Source: Harriotta raleighana (taxonomy: Eukaryota). From it: a stretch of 64,000 bases of DNA. The DNA lies in NCBI GenBank assembly GCA_050575255.1, contig JBNZDD010013714.1, forward strand, positions 890,615-954,614, written 5' to 3'. Shown in pieces: positions 39,428 to 53,163 of this stretch. Within the stretch, counting starts at the first letter, position 1. Each line of letters starts with the position of its first letter. The notes beneath the pieces are model-generated. The model saw nothing but the letters and a program-made list of their open reading frames with translations, had not been told where the DNA came from and made no database searches. Position numbers and translations under genes: made by a program.

Positions 39428-40757
39428 GGCGTGGAGCTGTTCAGTAGTGAGGTGGTGCTGCAGTTGGAGAAAAGACACAAGAGCAATGTTCAGGCTGTGA
39501 GCTGGGCAGACAGCATCACTACATGGATAACTCGTAAACAGATCAGTCATTGGCTACATTGAGCCAGAGTGAATTCACCCAAATTTCACAGACAAATATT
39601 CCAACCACTGGATGCATTAAAATGCACTCAGGGACTGGTTGATTTCACCACACCTTGCTCCAATCAACCAGAGAATACAGTATACACAAGGAACAGACAA
39701 TCTCAGGGAGGGAAATCCAGCCACAATAAGTACAGCCAAAGATTGGCTAATCGTAGGAAAGAAACCAGACTGGTTGGCTTCAACTGGAGGGGGGTGGGGA
39801 GTGAGGGGTGTGCCTCTCACCAATTGTACAACTACACCAGGACAAGGCTGCACACCATCGTTACCAGGAACGTGGGTGACTTCATAAGGTACTGTACTAG
39901 TGTTCAAGCCATCCCTACACCCTCTTTTAATCTGTCGTGTGTCTATCGGTGTAATTGAATTGAATGGGTAGGTTCATGTATTTAGCGTGTCAGGGCATAG
40001 ACTGAATATAGTAAGTAAATACTGCAACACTTTGAGTTTCTTTTGTCAATTGATTATACTAGACAGTGTTCTCGTCAACAAACTCTTTGTGTTCCTAGCG
40101 ATGACAATATTTCAGTTTCTTTTCGTTAAGAACGCTCGGATGTGCAGGTTCGAAAACTCCCTGCTTAAATATAATGCCGAACAATCTTTACTATTAAGGA
40201 AGGGACAGTTTTAAATAAAACTCTAAAGGAACTTAATCGATCTTATTTTATTTATTCTTGTGACAATATTGACATGAAATTACCCCCTTGCTATCGGTAA
40301 AACTGCATTTGAGATGTAAATACTGCCCGTGGCTACAATTCTTTCATGTTTTACGGTTAAATATGTTTTGCTATGCTTTCAGTTAACTCGTTTGCCCATT
40401 GTTGTTGTCTTTCGGAAACCAGGGCTTGCCCTGCGCTCATGATCAATGTGACGTCCAAATCGCAAAATATCCCAGAGAAAGGAATGCTAATCCTGAGGCT
40501 CCTGCTTTATACCATTGTTGAATGTGAGATTTTAAACCTCATGTTGCACTGTGTGTGTGTGTGTGTGTGCGCTCCAAGTGGGAGGCTGCCATCTGTGGTG
40601 GATTAACGATCCATCAGTGACTGAGGTAAGTGGGCATCGAAGAGACTTCATCTGAATCTCTCTGGGTCTCGTTAAGTCCCGTTAAACCTGTAGTACTCTC
40701 CTATTCGTGTGAATGTTTATAAATGCTAGTTTGTGTTTTCTCAGCTAAAATTCCCCA

Positions 40758-40875
40758 TTCCCTTTCCGATTTGCTATGAGAAGCAACGATCACCATCAGG
40801 TCGACAATACCCAGTGTTCCCTTTCCGATTTGCTATGAGAAGCAACGATCACCATCAGGTCGACAATACCCAGTG
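40758..40875. repeat. Perfect 59-bp tandem duplication
   Basis: 40758-40816 is identical to 40817-40875. Confidence 0.95.
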
Positions 40876-43800
40876 CAAGGGAGTATTTGAGCTGATTCGT
40901 TAAGCACTGACTTATGCCGACACTGAAGGGTTATCTGTTTATTGTGGGGAGGATGATGATCTTAGTGGACTTATTGTTTTTCCACATGCACAATTCTGCA
41001 CATTCAGGATGCTTTCACGGACCGAAAGCGTTATATACCCGCATGGGCACATTGTGTGGGAGAGTGTTCAGAGTCTGATCTTGGAGTATCAATGATCTGG
41101 TCTGTATGAATGTACTAACTGCTCTCTCTTTCCCATTGACGTGCTAGGGTTCTTCGATCTCCTTTTTCTTTTGCGTGTCTCTTCCAACGTTTCTCCCACC
41201 ATTTCTCTTTTCATCTGAGTTTGCGTTTGTGTCTATCTGCGTACTTGTGTAATCTGTGGGTGTTCGTGTCTCTTACCGTGCTTGGCTTATTCCCCCTATA
41301 TTGCTCAGATTGCTCAGAGTGAGGGACTTTTATAACATCAGCACACAAAGTACTTTGGAATGAGGTGTGGCGGCTGGGACATACAGTGGGGTGGTGAATG
41401 TCTATCTGCACATTAAGATGGCCAGTGCTTTATCGCTGAAGCCCGCTGTCTTGTCTGTCTGCCTGGGTTCAGTGTCTAGAAGCTGCACGTTATAAGTTTG
41501 CGTTTATCATTAGGAATCCTGCTGATCTCTCTTGACCGAGCCTGCACTCTGAGTCCATTGTGGCTCTTTCAGGATTCAGGTTTCACTGTTATCTAAACGC
41601 AATTTTTTTTACTACCTCCGATCTTAAATGAGCTGTCCCTGTGTCTGGCAAAGATTTAAGCATCAATGTTGATGGTAATGATACTAACACTACTGGCTGG
41701 ACCAGTTTAGACTCTTCCTTTGTTCAATTTAACACCCATGGCTTTAGCGATGCTTTTGCTGCTTGCCCTTTGGCCGAAGGGGAGATATCCTCAGAGATAG
41801 AATCGACTCTTCACTCTCCCAAGCAGTCTTATCAACCCTGGCATAGTTTGTATGGGTGTTTGCGTATAAAATACCCAAGTTCTACATCTCCTCCAGCCCT
41901 TTGTCTGTACTTTAGCGCTTCCAGCCCCACCCACTTAACTAAACGTGGAAGTTTGATGGGTGGTGATAGGATATGGGGAATTGTATTTGGAGGACGGGGG
42001 ACAGTGTTGGATTTGTCCCTGCACTTTAGATCCTTTGTCTAGCTCTTCTCTCCCCGGAAAAAAATCTCTCCTACAAACCCAACCTTGCTTCTTCCCTTCC
42101 TCCTTTTGTGTTCGTTGTCGACTTTTATAAAGGGCATTGGAGACCTTAGTTACTTACGTGAAAGACTGTGTAAGTCGGTGTTTGATCCATCTATCTATCT
42201 GTCTTTGTATTATGACTGTCCTCTTTGTCTCTCACTTAGCTTTCAAGGAAGTGCAGTAAATGGGGTGAGTAGGGAAGTGATCAGATTCTACTCTGTCATA
42301 TTTGCTCTCTGAAGATGTCAGGGAAAAGAATAATTCAGATTCGTTATCTCTGCACTTCATTCTTTTTTAACCACTTGGAAGGCACGTCACTTTGTGGCTG
42401 TTTGTGGGACATGGCTGTGCATAAAATTGGCTGCAGCTTTTGTTTGCAAATAAGTCACTACACTTCATATTAAAATCATGTGAAGCGCTTTGAGACGTTG
42501 GCATTGGAACGAGGTGGGGGTGGTCAGGGGTTGGCTAATGCGTCTGAAATGTTCTGAAGCCATAATTGTTCGGGAGTCATAAATATATTTCCATGCCCCA
42601 CTCCACACACCTAGAAGCTTCCATCAATGGTGAGCTTGGTTCACAAAATTCAACGTCTAGTCTGTGGAAGGGTAGGCAAGATTGACTGGAGTAAAAGCAG
42701 GCTGATGTTAAAAAGCAGATATGGGGGAATGGATGGATATTCTGCAGTTCTTGATTATTTTCACAGACGGAGTATTCAGACAGGCTTCTTCCTGAAGAAA
42801 TTAGATGAAGGTGGAATTTAGAGTGGACCATATCCTTTGAAATGAATGAGCAATATTGGCAAAATTACAGGTTTTCTTCTACATTGTTTTTTCCATATGC
42901 CAGATGCAATTTTTTCTTCTTACCTTAGGGAGTGGAGTATCAATATGACACCATGACACCTGATCGTGACTATCCCATCTCTGAGTCAGCCTAACTAAGT
43001 GCAAGTGTTTTGCAGCCAATTTAGAAACCAAGTTCCTTTTAACTGCTGTTTATTTAGGGGTGATTTCACTCCCCAACCCCCTATCTCTGGCTTCACCCAC
43101 CTCAATCATAAAGCCTTGGCCTCCAATGCTTTGAGACATCTTGATGACTTGATAAGGTGCTACACCAAATGCAACGATCATTGTACTCATTGAAAAATAA
43201 GTACTGTATGGTCTTGGAATGGATAGATTTCTCCATGAGGTTTCAACACTTGGGAAGTCCTTTTGACATGAAAGGCGCTATACAAATGTAATTTTGTTGT
43301 TGTTTGTTTGTTCTTCAACTTTAAAAAAAAAAAGAAAATAGTTACCTGGTGAAGATTTAGTTAAGAAATGGTGTTCGGCTAACTCAGTTGGTAGCACTCG
43401 CATCAGAATTTTTTGGGTTTTGGGATTTTGTCTAGGCTGATATTCCAGTGCAGTCAACCAGGAGCACTGTCCTGTTGCAAATTACCTGCTGTGTTTTACA
43501 AATGTAATTTGTTGTTGTTCACCAACAAAATACAGTTGCTACATTTGACAGGAAAATTCTGTAAAGCACTTTGGGATATTTTGGCAATGTGATAAGGTGC
43601 TATGTGCAATGCAAGGATTATTATTAAATCTAATCAATGTTGCAGATTTGCTGGTATTTAAAAAAAGTGCATAGCTTTATGAAATATGGGGCTTTATATT
43701 GTACTATAGAAACAATTGAGATAGCAGATTAGAATGTGCAGCTAAATACTCTCATGTTAGTGATGCAAGGGGCTCAAATTGTGATTAAAAGACTTCATCA

Positions 43801-44559
43801 TCTGTCCCTCTAAAATGTTTTCTCCTTCCACCCGAAGCACTGCTGCAGATTTTGTTCTAGGCTCATGTTACATATTGAATAACTGCTCTAGTACATTTAG
43901 TGGTTGGACTCATGTTTTTTCTGATCTTTAAATGTTAGATTCTTATTATTTATGCCACACTCTCAGATTAATTAGGTCATGGAGAAATCAACAGGTTAAG
44001 TGTATTGGATTGTTTCAATTTAAAATCTTTAATGTACAGTTCGGGTGTTCCCTTTTTATTAAAGATTAGAAATCCACTCTTCTGTGTGACCAGAATTTTA
44101 GCTGAGTTTTCTCTCTCTAATTAAGAATCATAATGCAGATATAGGCTGTATTCATGTATACTTAGCTGGTCTGTTCCAGCAGACAGCATAACGTTCGCAG
44201 GTCATGTGCCTGATCTTAGGAGAGTTTGTATTTCATAAGTCATGCCACATCATAAGAGGAACATGATCCTCTGACTGAATTTGAATTTGTCTTTATAATC
44301 ACAGACTGATACTCCAGGCTACGTTGTCAGTGGTGCGATTATTGGATGAAACCTTAAACTGAGCTTCCATTTACCTATTTTTAGGTGGAGGTTCCCTGAC
44401 ACTGTTTGAAAGAAGAAGGGTGTTTCTCCTGGTGTCCTGATCAACAATGTCCAAGTAATTGGTCATTCACATCATGGTTGTTTCTGGATCTTTGCTGTGT
44501 GCAAAATGGTTATAATGTTCTCCTACAAAAACAGTCACTATACTCATCAATAATAATTT

Positions 44560-44870
44560 TAATAATACTTGCTTTTGATAGTGCCTTATCATAGAATATA
44601 TTGTAAAATGGATTGACTGCATATTTTTTGGGCGAACCATGGCAGCCAATTATGCATAACAGTGTCGCACCAAATGAGTGACCAAATTTTTTTTTGGAGA
44701 CGTTATTAACCATTGAAAGCATCTGCTAATTGACTAACTGGATTTCTACTTATTGATGGGTAAACAGAGGCGTGTGGAGTAAGGAAACTTGCCTATGGTT
44801 TCACCCTGCCCAGGAATCGAACAGGGTTTCGCTTGCGAGGCGAGCTGTTAACCACTATGCAATGGGTCTC
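44560..44870 (-). mobile_element. SINE copy
   Basis: Family body including gtgtggagtaaggaaacttgcc. Confidence 0.75.
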
Positions 44871-47800
44871 CAATAATTACTTAAAGCATTTTAAGACAGT
44901 TTGACATTGAAGCACTTTGAGGCATCCTTCAACTTGAAAGGTGATATACCAAATATCAAGATTATCATTATATTATAAATGATCTCTTTTGGCTCTACTC
45001 AAGGTTTTAATCATTTAAAAAAAAAAATTTTTAAACTCCAGTGGCTCAGTTGATAGTTAAAGTCCCGTTTGAAAATGAGTCTTGCACAGCAGCGATCTTG
45101 CCTGGTACATTCCTGAGTTAGGGCTGTGCTGAGTTAGCTGACCATAGCTGGAGTGGCAATTATAAAATTGGCCCATTGCCCTGGGATAGGGAGAGACAAT
45201 TCAACTTGATTTTGCATGGATTCTGAAAAGCAGATTTATCACAACGTATACTTGAAGATTCAATGAATCAGCACATCTTTGTTCTTATACAGCAATGCCC
45301 TGCTGGAACCACACCCTGAAGAAAAAGCAATTGATTAGAAGCTTTTAGGCAGGAGAATAAATGTGCCATGAAAAGAAAATAATTTCTATTGTGCACACAC
45401 AGGAGAACCACTGTTAATATAAGGGTGTGATTTGCTGTTCGTCGATAAATCTAACAACCTTAAATGTGTGATCTTATAATTTAGGCTGAAAAGTGCAGGT
45501 TCATTGAATCTAGGACTTGAGAGATTGAGATAAATGTATTTTTCAGTCTATGCGAAATAATTTTGTGCCTTGTATTTTATCGAGTGAAAAAGGAAAGGGT
45601 CTGAGAAGGAGAGCTTAATTCTTTTAGTGATGGATGTGAGTCACTCAGTCCCTGATCTGTTGTGTTGCTGCTGAAAAGCTTATTTAATAAGGAATTGATC
45701 CTAATACTCTCAGCGTTTACTCCTGCGGCTATTTTTAGCTGATAGTGACGTGAAGTGGCAGAAGCCACCAACCGTCACACGGAGTTCACTACTTAGAATT
45801 GCACAGGTTGATAATCTGCCCTTCACTCCAGTGCATCACCCAGACTGCAGTAATAAACCTATCATTCTGAATATTACATTAGGAATGAGAACCAACAGAC
45901 CCAGTGCCCCATCGACATCAGCTTTGTTCTTTCAATAAACTGAACCATTTCTAGTTATGTTATACTGTGTGAAAGTAACTGGTGTCAAGGTATGCTGCTT
46001 GCTCTCCAAAGCTCCAGTTAGGCAGAGACTGAGCAGTTTAATACTTTAGGTGTACTCAGATGCAAAGTCCACTTATCAAAGCTCTCCTCATCTGTTCTTC
46101 CATTCAGTACAGTGTGGTTTACTCACCAATTCTTCTGTTTCTCTTAGTGAATAACTGTGTTCCTTATCGTTTGGGCTTTTCACTTGCCAAAGTGAAAGGT
46201 GCTCTATAAATGTAATTTTGTTGTTGCTGTTGCTCCTTTAGCTAGAATGATCTAGGTTGCTTTGCCTACTCCCCACCAACACACTGTGTACTGCTCCAGC
46301 AGCCAGTACTGTCTGTAACATTAATAACGAAAGGTGAAAGGATGAAGCAATAGATGAATTGAAAAGGCTACAAAATTTAGAGTGGTTTCAGGCAGATTAA
46401 AATCAGTTAAAGATTATAGGCTGATGGGTAATCACCTCTAGCACCCCCATCCTCACTCTTTTGTAGAACCATAGTAATTTACAGCACTAAAAACTTTATA
46501 CCCCCATTCCCTAAAACAACATCCCACAGGCCCTTTGTCTTGCCCCCTTCCTGTCTCCTTCAAGGCCTGTCCCATAGTCTTTCTCTTTGACTGCACCTTT
46601 GGTCACTCTCCAACCCCTTCCGATCCTCCATGCCTCCTGATCCCAGTTCCCTGTTCAGGTGCAAATCTTTTTCTTTTCAGATACTTCATTCCCTTTTTAA
46701 AGTAAATGTAGATTCTGCCTCAACCAGCGTGTAGGTTACTGCAACCACTGTCTGTTTCCTTCCTTTCGTAGCTTCCTCTGTTTTAACAATGCACCTTGAA
46801 TCCCAAGATCCAAATACACCCTTCATCCAACCTCTGTTTAAACTGAAATCTATTGTACTATCTTCGATTATGTCCCAGTACCTCAAGGCTAGAACAGTTC
46901 TCCCCTTCCGTCCTGTATTGTGGAGGCATTGAAAACCCAGATTTAGGGCTACCTCACCCTGACGTCATGATTTGCATTGTCTCTCTTCTGCTCATTTTTA
47001 ATTTGTTCAATGGGCCTTTGCTTTTCATGTAAGTGTTTCTCTTTTAAAAATATTATAGTAAATGGTGAAATTGTGTCTCATCAAAGCATGCAGACAGACT
47101 CTTCCCTGATAAAACATAATATGTAATTCTATATCTGTAAATGTGAGCGATTAGCTTGTCTGGTCATCTGTGGGATTAATCATTGTTGTTCTTGGGTTCT
47201 GCTGAGTGTTTAAGTGCAGACGCTGGTACTCTGCAGGGAAGCCTCCCATACTCAGCTACATGCAACTTTCATCAGTTGTGTTCTACCTTGGCTACCTTCC
47301 TGAGTTTGGATTTCTGGATGGCTTTCTACCACAGGAACGAGCTATACCATCTCCACCATTCCTGTGTGTGTGTGTAGAGGAAGAGGGTGTGGGGAGGAGA
47401 CAGCATATTTTATGGGACTAGTTGTGTACTGTTAGTTGACAATGAAATAATATAATAAACTCATAATTTACCTATCAAAAGCATTAAGGTGACGGATTTT
47501 GATTCTACTGAATGGAATACTTTTCCATGCTTGACATTCTCTAGCACCAGGTAAACAGCAAAGGCTGCACATCATAAAATTGAGATCCCTTCTCCCTGAT
47601 TTCAGGTGGGCGCTCAATATTCTATGACCCCATTCAAAATGAGAATGGAGTTTTTCTGGTGTCATTCACTTCATGGGTGTTTGTTGCACCTTCCTGGTGA
47701 AATATCTGACATCTTTGCTAACAATAACAGCCACTACCTGTGGATTTTGCCTGTGAAGCACTAGAGATGGTTTGATATACAGTAATAAGGTTACAATAAA

Positions 47801-48117
47801 TTATTTAAATGCACGGTAAATTACTATGAACCATATGACATTTATTTAGTACGGGACACTATATGAAGATAGCCCAGAATTGTTTTTCTCTAAACAATTG
47901 TATGTCCACTGTCCAGGCAGAAATCTAAAATGTTTAAAATTCCTCTGTACGTCTCACTTAGTTTGTGACCTATTTATTGTGCACCCTTAGAAACAAACTG
48001 CTTTGTTGGCAAAATTGTTTTTTTTTCGAAAGGATCTGAAATATATCAGCTTGGAGGTCAAATCTGTTTTTTTTTCCTTTGGAATGTTAAATAAGTTTCT
48101 CAGGCAGTATTACGAGT

Positions 48118-48440
48118 CTCTCCTGTAGCTCAGTGGTTAGAGCACTCGACTTACAAACGTGAGACCTATGTTTGAATGCAGGCAGATCAGGGCAAAACCT
48201 TGGGCAAGTTTCTTTACTCCACATGCCTAGTAACAATCCGTCCAAAAAAAACCCACAATAATGAAAAAAAATTGGTCATTTCAATCAATGGCTGTTTGTG
48301 GGATACTACTGTGCACAATTGGCTGCTGTGTTTTGCCCACAAATATATAGTCAATTAACTTTCCAGTATATTCTGTGAAGCGCTTTGAGATGTCGAAAAG
48401 ATGTGAAAAGTACTACATCAATGCAAGGCTTATTATTATT
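48118..48440 (+). mobile_element. SINE, full length
   Basis: tcctgtagctcagtggttagagcactcg head through aaggcttattattatt tail. Confidence 0.9.
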
Positions 48441-49526
48441 AAATCATCCTTTAAAATTGCCTAAATAGTTTGTACAGAATAGAGGTTCTTCGGTAATTGA
48501 GAGGAATATCTAAGAAGGATAAATTATGCCAACATGTAACTGCTTAGTTTCCTTTGCTCTCTCTCTTATTGATTGCTTTCTTCCTATTTTTCTTATTCTA
48601 ATTTTTATTGTCTCCATTGAACTCTCTTTCCTGCCATCCCCACTCCTTTCTTGTTTTGCTTTGAATGGGGTCCAGTACAGTGATAAACTTCATGTAGTGC
48701 AGATCATTCATGCTTCATGAGCATGAACCCAACCAATCTCCGATTATTTTTCCTCTCCATTAATAGCCAAACCTTTCTATTCATAGATAATGGACAATCT
48801 GTGTGACATCTGTGGTTAAAAAGAAACTAGCTGTTGATCAAAAAAGGACTTGCAACTCAAACTTCAAAGCTGATTTCCTGGAAAGAAACTGCGTTTCAGT
48901 TACTGGTAACGGTTAGTAATTGCTGAGCTCATGGTTCAGTTTAAGATAGCCACAAATGATAGAACCTCCAGCTATGGACATGGACTATTAAGCCGTGCGT
49001 GCCTGCTAACAGTGCGTCAATAGCATATGCCTCTCAGCAAGACTCTTTAATTGCGACTGCAGCAATTTTTACTTTAGCAGTTGTATGAAGAGTAAGAATG
49101 GAGGCTTAGTTAATGCAGCAGATTGCATCACTGGTGGGACAGAGATTCGCTGGTGAGCATATAGCAAATGCCAATAGGTTATTGATTGTGGTGGGCACAT
49201 GATTGTATATGATCATATGCTTGCCATATTTATGCAATATTGTACTACGTTGTAGGTATATATATATAGCTATAATATATATGAATGTGTGAGCATATAT
49301 ATGCATACTTACATATAAAGATACATACTGCATAGAAATGTAGGGTATCTAATATGTAGTTTTCTGTTCATGTTTTTGTACACATTTTTGTTTTTGTATC
49401 AGTTTTCTTCCCTCCACGCTATCTGATGGCACATCGCACATCACATACTAGGATACACTGTGCTTCCTCCCCCACCATTACTTTGCACATATCCTTTATG
49501 TGCAAATTGAGAAAATGAGAGTTGGC

Positions 49527-50090
49527 AATAATAATCCTTGCATTTGATATGGCGTATTTCACACGTTCTAGACGTCTCAAAGTTCAGCAGCCAAATGCAC
49601 ATATATCAGTGTCCCACAAACAGTTGTGGATTGAAATGACCAATTTTATTGTTTTTTTTCCTTAAGGGATTATTATCAAGTGTGTGGAGTAAGAAACTTG
49701 CCCAAGGTTTCGCCCTACCTGAAAATGAACTTGTAAGGCAAGTGCTACTGAGCAACAGGACTCCACATTCAATTGCAGAGAGCATCACAGCCTAAACTCA
49801 TCCTTTTTTTTAATCCAATATGTAGACATTAAAATATTAATAATCCTTATATTTGATTTAGTACCTTTTACATTGGAAGGACATCTCAAAGTACTTCACA
49901 TTGTCTAATGTGTAGCCACATATAAATTGTAGGCAAACATATACATTTTTTAAAGGGTTTACTAGATAGTTTCGCCCACAAATATACAGTCAATTCACCT
50001 TACAATATACTCTGTGAAGCGCTTTGGGACGTTGATAAGATGTGAAAAGTGCTATATCAAATGCAAGGATTATTATTATTATTATTATTA
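49527..50090. mobile_element. SINE copies (49527-49765 minus; 49970-50090 plus)
   Basis: Family head, body and tail sequence. Confidence 0.8.
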
Positions 50091-52191
50091 TAGTATTTGG
50101 CAGTATCCGACACATGCTCAGACCCCGGGCAGGAATTCTTCCCACTTCGCTCCAGTCAACCTGTCAAGCTAAAATCTTAACAAATTGGACTGGGGGGGGG
50201 CCTTGCTGGACAAACAGTCAGAATCTTGCTAAATGACAAGCTGTGTGTTTTTAGCTGGTTAAATTCCAGCAGTGCCCCCCAAAATACAATCTGGGATGTA
50301 ATCAGTTCAACCCCAATCATCTGCAGTAAGTTTCAGTACAGTACTAGGCTCGGAAGGAATCTCTTCCCACCTTTGTCTTACTGTTGTCATTGGTTGTTAC
50401 CTTGGCTTTGATGGCAATGTTGTAGTTTGAACAAAATAATACAATTTAGATTTTTTAACAACTTTCATGTTAGGAACTACTGGCTAGGCACACATGCTGG
50501 GAATGGTAGCCAAAGTCAACAATGTTGAATCCAGAGCTTACTGTCTGTCAAAAAAGGACCCGGTCATGTTTTCCTTTCTAACAGCTCCTGAGGTTGGCCT
50601 TGCTGACCACCATTTTTCTGTTTGTGCTCAATCTGTTTGTGTGCTCATACAGGTCAATGATGTGCATAAAAGCAAGAATGTGACTTTCCAGTCATTGCAT
50701 ACACATGAAAACCTAGTGTAGTGAAATCCGCCCACAGTCTAAACAAGGTAAATTCCATAGTCCCACCAAAATCGTTTGAATGTTGTTACTTGGAGTTCTA
50801 AAAGGTCAAAGCATTAAACTGTTTACGTAGTTAAGAGCAGACTGGGTCCTTTTTTAGCAACATTCTGAGCTATTCTTATTGAACAGGGATTATCCAAATG
50901 TGACTGGGTAGTAAAGAGTCTAAAATAGTCTTCCTAAATTCTGAAATTCTAGAACAACACACTGTTACTCTGCATCATGTTAAAGTAGTTAGTAATGTAA
51001 ATCATAAATGTTGCATATAATAGCTCCTCCGTTGTCTCAGTGGGTAAAGTAATTCCTGAAGTGAAACTGAACCTTACAGGCTCACAGGATCCCTTGTATC
51101 ACACTGAGCTACTGATTTCAGCCTAATCGGTTTCTACAGCTGGCCGATAGACTCCTGGGCTTGGAAAGGAAAATCAGCAAGCATTCCTGCTGTTGGTTGT
51201 TCCTGCTCTGCAGCTCATGTTTTCTCCCGCATTGCGCTCCGTGAGCCTATAATCCCATCCTCGCCCAGCCACCAGTAGATCAAATTCCAGATCCCCAACC
51301 TCTCATTGAAATCCCTCACAGCCTCAGTCCATCTTATCTCTGTGAACCCCACTCAGCTAATACCGGCATCACACCCTTGCCTCATATACTGTGCCTTCAG
51401 TGAGCAAGCTTTCAGCCTTTGTGCCCTCATTCTCTGGAACCCCATCACCCCCCACCTTGAGACATTCTGCCATGAAAGGCACTAATATCAATATTTATTG
51501 TTTTTGTCATTATGTTGATGTGAATGTTGTTGAACAGGATCAGGCTTGGTGTCTTGGGAGGCATTCCAGCACTCTGGGTACTGTACCCTGGCACAAATTA
51601 GCACATTCAGGAGAGAGAAAAATTAAATGTAGGATTTTTTTTGTACTCGGTGTTTAATTGTGATCCTGGAAGACTTAGATTTTGATGATAGAAATGTGTC
51701 CATTGATGGATAAGCCCTTGTCCTGAAGGATTTTGATTTATCTTCACAATCTTTCTATGATACTCTGATTACGGAACGATGATTCCTTCCCTGACACGGG
51801 TGTGAATCAAGGGACACATTCACAGCTCCTGAGAATGCAATTATACTACAGGAACATATAGGTCCCTCTACAAAATGGGGTTTTGAACTCCAATATAGTT
51901 AATGAGCTCCAATGATGTGCATTGTAATGTCCTCAAGGTAATCTCATTAAAGCTTTAAGACTGGAAAACACACAGAATTCATGGTAAATCCTCAATTTGC
52001 GAAGAAAAACCTTAATTTATAGACACACAAGACATTATGTATGTTTGGTGCATATAGCTATTGTATCTTGTATGAATTGTAATGTATATCTCTATTACCT
52101 GTCAGATGCCCACCAGATTACTGCTTACTGTAAACATGCTCAATTGTATTATTTTCAGTTTGATCAGCAAAACAGTTTCATTCTCTATATA

Positions 52192-53163
52192 CAGTTAACC
52201 CTCGTCGAAGGCGACTTTATCGATTGCAAAATCAAGTATACGCAATGAAACAAAAGCATCACTTTTTTGTGCAACGCACGTAAAACTTGTGTAGATGCGC
52301 TGGCTGGCCCCCCACGCACATGCGCACGGGTGAAGACGCCGATAGCTTCCGACTAAATCCGATGATTCTTCAGCTGGCTGGTCCCATTGGCAGTGCATTC
52401 TGGGTAAATACAATAATATTTCGGCCTCGGAAAATCTTACTGCATTGCATGGTAAACAGAAGAGACAGAATCGTACAGTAATAAAGGCTAATCTACCCTG
52501 TTGTTTTATTGCTTTTTTATATTGCTTTACTGCTTTGTTATCACTTTATTATAACAATAAAGCGATAATAAAGCCGCTGTAACCTTTCTGTGTCTCCCAT
52601 CCCCAGCACTATGCCCCTCGCGTGCCCCCTCGCAGCTCGCTGCCCCCCACCTCCCAGAGTTCCACACCCAGTCTCCGAGCGGCTCGCTGCCCCCCGCCTC
52701 CTTGAGTCCGTTCCACCCCCCCACCTCCGATCTGCTATCTCCCCCGCACCTCCGCGAGACCCACCTCCGATCGGCTCTCTCCCCTGAACTTCCGTGAGTC
52801 CCCCCCGCCTCCAATCGGCTCTCTCCCCCGCACCTCCACGAGTCCTCCCCGCCTCCGAGCGGTTCTCTGTTCCCTCCCTGATTTACCCACTTCTTGGGTG
52901 GTAGAAGAGACAAGAGCAGGAAGAGTGTGGGGGGGAGCAACAAGAGAGGGGAGAGACGGGCGGAGTGAGGACCGGGGCAGCTAGCTGTAGCCCGCCTCAG
53001 TAGGTACCTTGCATTGGATGTGCTGGAGGCTTGGGGTGGGTAGCGTGCGACTGGATTCTCCTAACCCTCCTTTTTCCATTACTTCTTAAGCTTTTCCAAT
53101 GCGATTTCTTTGAGTGCACAGTTTTCCAGGAATGTAACCTCCACGATAAACGAGGGTTAACTG
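52192..53163. mobile_element. GC/CpG-rich Tigger-like non-autonomous element (972 bp)
   Basis: Perfect 14-bp TIR CAGTTAACCCTCGT / ACGAGGGTTAACTG flanked by TA on both sides. No transposase ORF. Confidence 0.9.

Larger units (their letters stand above)
38560..39440. promoter_or_regulatory. CpG-island promoter covering exon 1; possibly bidirectional
   Basis: Sharp rise in GC and CpG density over a CpG-poor background. Contains the start codon, an X-box and a CRE. Boundaries approximate. Confidence 0.8.
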
